Source: Octopus vulgaris (Eukaryota). Taken from it: a stretch of DNA of 64,000 nucleotides. Every line of letters begins with the position of its first letter. The first letter of the stretch is position 1. A program made the position numbers and the translations under genes. Below the pieces are notes generated by a model that saw nothing but the letters and a program-made list of their open reading frames with translations, did no database searches and was not told the DNA's origin. Positions 59,875 through 64,000 of this stretch are shown piece by piece. The DNA lies in contig OX597814.1 in the NCBI GenBank assembly GCA_951406725.2, forward strand, positions 27,714,001-27,778,000, written 5' to 3'.

Positions 59875-60125
59875 GTCATTATTCAGTTTTATTTCAAGAT
59901 TTCTTGCCAATAGAGAAAGAGTCGGTTTCTAATCCAGATCTAAGGCTTCTTCATCGGAATTTCAACATCAACAACAGGGTGTGTTTGTATGTATGTATGT
60001 ATGTATTCTCTATTGTATAGCTAGACATGCTCATATACTTAAATGATAAACTTCTGGAAAGTTTTACAGAATTTTACAGTTCCCGTGAATGGATCTGTAG
60101 TCTTTGAATAAGTTTTCTCCTTTCT
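59875..60125 (-). repeat. Possible Penelope-like terminal repeat fragment, inverted partner of 61088-61402
   Basis: Minus strand CCGATGAAG...GAAACC...AATAAA next to microsatellites. Confidence 0.5.
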
Positions 60126-60136
60126 GGTTTTGAGAA

Positions 60137-60192
<56 letters not shown>

Positions 60193-60197
<5 letters not shown>

Positions 60198-60440
60198 ATC
60201 CAAACAAGAAAACAAAAAGACAACAACGCAAGGACGTGGAACAAATAAAATATTATTGGACGCTCAGAAAAGAAGGGAAGAAGGAGGGTTTGACGTTTTG
60301 AGCGGAGCTCTTCGTCGGAAGCATAGGTGAAGGAAAGGTCCCGAGAAGGGAAGACAGAGGAAAAAAAATCGCTAGTGATACAGACGAGGTCACATACTAA
60401 AAGACGGAAGTGGTCAGAGTAGAAGAAAATGTTTTTAAAA
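60193..60440 (-). mobile_element. Penelope-like terminal fragment in (TA)n with minimal hammerhead-like motif
   Basis: Minus strand TTCCGACGAAGAGCTCCGCTCAAAACGTCAAA at about 60289-60320. Confidence 0.55.
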
Positions 60441-60984
60441 AACAGGAGAGCTATATCAAATATATATATATATATACATATATACATAATTCACACAAGA
60501 AGACAATGAAGGAGTGTAGCACATGTTCAATGATCAGATACAATTGTTTCGGTATTACTCTGAGTTGAACGTCATTTTGTGCAAAAAGTCCGATAGAAAA
60601 AGCAGCATACACCATTTGACAGTCGCACTATGTAAGAATGCACTCTTTGACGCAAGTCTGATGTATAAAACTCTAATGTGTAAAATAGCAAATATTATGT
60701 TACATTTCGAATGGAACTTTGATGCGCAGTAGCGTTCAAAACAGAGTGATACTCAAAGAGTTGTAACTAGTCATGAAAGTTGCATTAAATTCTTTCTTTG
60801 GGATTTACCGGTGTGATAATTGGAATCTTTTACACCAGAAGAATTTCGTTCTTTCTTGAGACTCAGTTAAAGATTGTAGCTGGTCCCTATCTTGGGTTGA
60901 GTGCTGTAGTGAAAATACTCCGATTCTCCACCCTTTCAGGACCATAATGCGCGCAAATACATATGTATAAAAGAATATGTGTGT

Positions 60985-61077
<93 letters not shown>

Positions 61078-61087
61078 TGTGTGAGGG

Positions 61088-61402
61088 AGAAAGGAGAAAG
61101 CTAATTCGAAGACTACAGATCCAGTCCATTCCTGGAATTGTAAAAATCTGTAAAACTTTCCAGAAGTTTATCATTTAAATATATATGATCATGTCTAGAT
61201 ATGCAACTAAATGCATGAGAATACATACATAAAAAAACAAAACATGCAAATCTACACACATACATACATCTGCACATACATACATACAAACAAAAATACC
61301 CTGTTGTTAATGTTGATGTTCCAATGAAGGAGCCTTGGATCAAGGTTAGAAACCAGCTCTTTCTCTATTGGTATAAAATCTTGAAATAAACAGAATAATG
61401 AC
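61088..61402 (+). repeat. Second copy of the 59875-60125 repeat, opposite orientation
   Basis: TGTAAAACTTTCCAGAAGTTTATCATTTAA and TTAGAAACC...AAATCTTGAAATAAA are shared. Confidence 0.85.
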
Positions 61403-62119
61403 ACACACACATATGTATATAAGAATATATATATTTACAAATGCGTACATACATACATACGCGCCCACACACTCACACACGTATATATATATACACAAAT
61501 ATCTGTATATACATATGTATATACATCTATGTATATACATATGCATGTTTTATTAAGAATACAACTATGTGCAAGTTTTACCTCATTTTATATTTCTTAT
61601 ATTTCCCTATTAGCTTTCTACGGTTGGTTTAGAACAGTAGAAATCCTAAATCCATAACCGATGTTTCTAGACTTTCGCATTCTCATTTTCAAGAACTGAA
61701 GTGAATAAATTTGACGTTTGTGTCGTGGTTTATATAGAGATTAGATTTGTGTAGACTTTCCCTTTCGACAGTAATTATATGAACCTTCCGATTAACTCCT
61801 GAAGTCACATCACGCCAACACTAGAACTTTTCGGACCAATCAAAAGAGTATGTTTTGTTCATCGTCATGTCTTTTGCTGTTGTATTTCATTCTAAAATGA
61901 ATGACTAACGAGACAAGTATCTAGTGCTCATGGAAGTTTTGTTTTGTGTTGTGTGACGTAGTAGATTGCAATTCTTCAAGTTTGCTATTTGGCGGGAGAG
62001 TGTAATATTTGTATGATTTATATAATAGTTGGAGTCATGAAGTTTATTACATTTGTAATCACATTTATAAAGCACATAGGTTATAAATAGCTTGTCTATA
62101 GGTTTACACGCCTGTAGCT

Positions 62120-62490
62120 GGTTATTGATAAGAAAGTTTTAAATTTTAGTGAAATTGTGGGAATTACAACCGTGTTTCGTGGTCTGCTACCACAACAGCT
62201 CCTTTATAGGACCCAGTTAGCTCAAGACATCATCAGGAGGAACCACGTCCGGTTTCGGCCCCTACTCCTCTATCGTTTTGACGTGGCGCCCCCCACCCCT
62301 TTCGGAGGTGTCTTCAGCTCTGGTGTTGGGTGCATGTCTTCTTTCTTCTTCTTTCTTCTGTTCCCTGGTCTCTTCGATGTATCATCAGCGAGTGTCAGCC
62401 GGTGACTGACTGTCTTGTCAAATTTTTCCCTTTAAATACCTGCCGCATAGGCTCCAGCAAACAGCCCCAGCAAGTTGTCACGTGATACTG
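62120..62490 (-). mobile_element. Possible Penelope-like pseudo-LTR with several CTGANGA...GAAAC motifs
   Basis: GC-richer island. The minus strand carries ATCACGTGAC, TATTTAAA, CTGATGA (twice), CTGAAGA and CGAAAC (twice). Confidence 0.45.
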
Positions 62491-63310
62491 TCTCACCTTA
62501 GCACTATTATTAGTGTTAGTTTGTGGTCCCTTGCCATGCATTTTGCTTTATGAAGATACATTGTAATACCTTCTTCTCTTCAATAGTATGTATATGATTC
62601 GTGGGCCTTGTGTATTTTTAATTAAGATAGTGTATTTGTTGCGTTGTATTTGTATCTGCATTCTATTATTGCCTGGTCTCTTAGTTTGCTTGAGCACTCC
62701 TTGATGATCTGCTTTGGTTTTATTCTGACCTTCCATTTTTAAGACCTTATGGTGTAATTTGAGTGAGATTTGGCTGTTGTCTGTAGCAGAAAAAGTGACC
62801 ATGTGGAGGCAGCTTTGGCTCATCGTCCTTGTTTTGTTTTTTGGCGTTTGGTGTAACTTTGATAGGGTGGCTGCACGTTTGTGTGTGTATGTGTGTGTGC
62901 GCGCGTGTGAATGTGTATGTATATACACGTGTGTATATGTACATTTGGAGTACAGTATATGAATAAACCTTTTGGAGCATTCATGCGCTTCCTGCTTACA
63001 CAAATGCATGCATACACACATACACATAAACTAGCATGTACACGTAAACATATGTATACACCCAAAATGAGGAAAAATTACACCTAAAACGTGTAATAAT
63101 ATTCATTATATCAACAGGAAGAATGGACATTAAAGAATATGATGAATGGTATCAACAATGTTTTTTAGTCACACTTGCTTACCATTCCTCTCGTAAGCAG
63201 AGGATAATTCTCAAATTTCAACGGATCACATATTGCGCACAAGCAAATCTAGAGTCTTTCGCATGCATCCACACACAACTATACACATACACTAACACAT
63301 ACTCCCCCCC

Positions 63311-63348
<38 letters not shown>

Positions 63349-63639
63349 AGCATATACACGCACGAGCACACACAGACACGCATACACATATAAAATGGCG
63401 CGCGCGTGATGATGGTACTTTGTTCATACGCTACCCAGAATTTCCGGCCGGTTGCGTTAGTTCAGGCATAGCTGCTCGGACAAGATGTTTGACGTATTTA
63501 TGTCATTGGTTGTTTCAAATCATATGGTTTTGGTCCTGCGGACCTAGCATGTCGGCCGTGCGTTTGATGGAATACCATGCTACGCCCGACTGCGTGGATG
63601 GAAACAACGTTAAACGTACGCACGCACGCACGCACGCAC

Positions 63640-63728
<89 letters not shown>

Positions 63729-63761
63729 CACACACATATGTATGTATTAATTTATGTATAT

Positions 63762-63975
63762 AAGGCGGCGAGCTGGCGGAAACGTTAGCACACCGGGTAA
63801 AATGCTTAGCGGTATTTCGTCTGTCTTTACGTTCTGAGTTCAAACTCCGCCGAGGTCGACTTTGCTTTTCATCCTTTCGGGGTCGATAAATTAAGTACCA
63901 GTTGCGTACTGGGGTCGATCTAATCGACTGGCCCACTCTCCAAAAATTTTGGGTTTCGTACCTAGAGTAGAAAAT
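63762..63975 (+). mobile_element. SINE-A monomer (tail-b)
   Basis: Complete head, core and CCTAGAGTAGAAAA tail. Confidence 0.9.
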
Positions 63976-64000
63976 AATATATATATATATATATATATAT

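Overview
Eukaryotic, AT-rich, repeat-saturated DNA with no recognisable intact host gene. The SINE families and microsatellite density suggest an octopus/coleoid cephalopod intergenic or intronic region (inference; no search run). Nearly all listed ORFs are microsatellite or SINE artefacts. Three tRNA-derived SINE groups dominate (working names A, B, C), plus an older dispersed repeat. Decayed LINE pieces are CR1-clade, RTE, R4/Dong-like and an ORF1-only zinc-knuckle L1/Tx1-like element. DNA-transposon remnants include hAT, mariner, a Merlin-like MITE, other MITEs and a possible Helitron end. There are also Penelope-like terminal fragments with hammerhead-like motifs. Main observations: (i) SINE-A forms head-to-tail multimers with one recurrent junction, and its tail resembles the 3' end of the ORF1-only element, suggesting self-targeting; (ii) SINE-B shares its 3' end with the CR1 LINE; (iii) SINE-C shuffles two heads with at least four tails, and the main form has complementary termini ending in CCA; (iv) a perfect 114-bp templated inverted insertion sits inside a dead hAT transposase. 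Coordinates were read by eye and may be off by a few bases.
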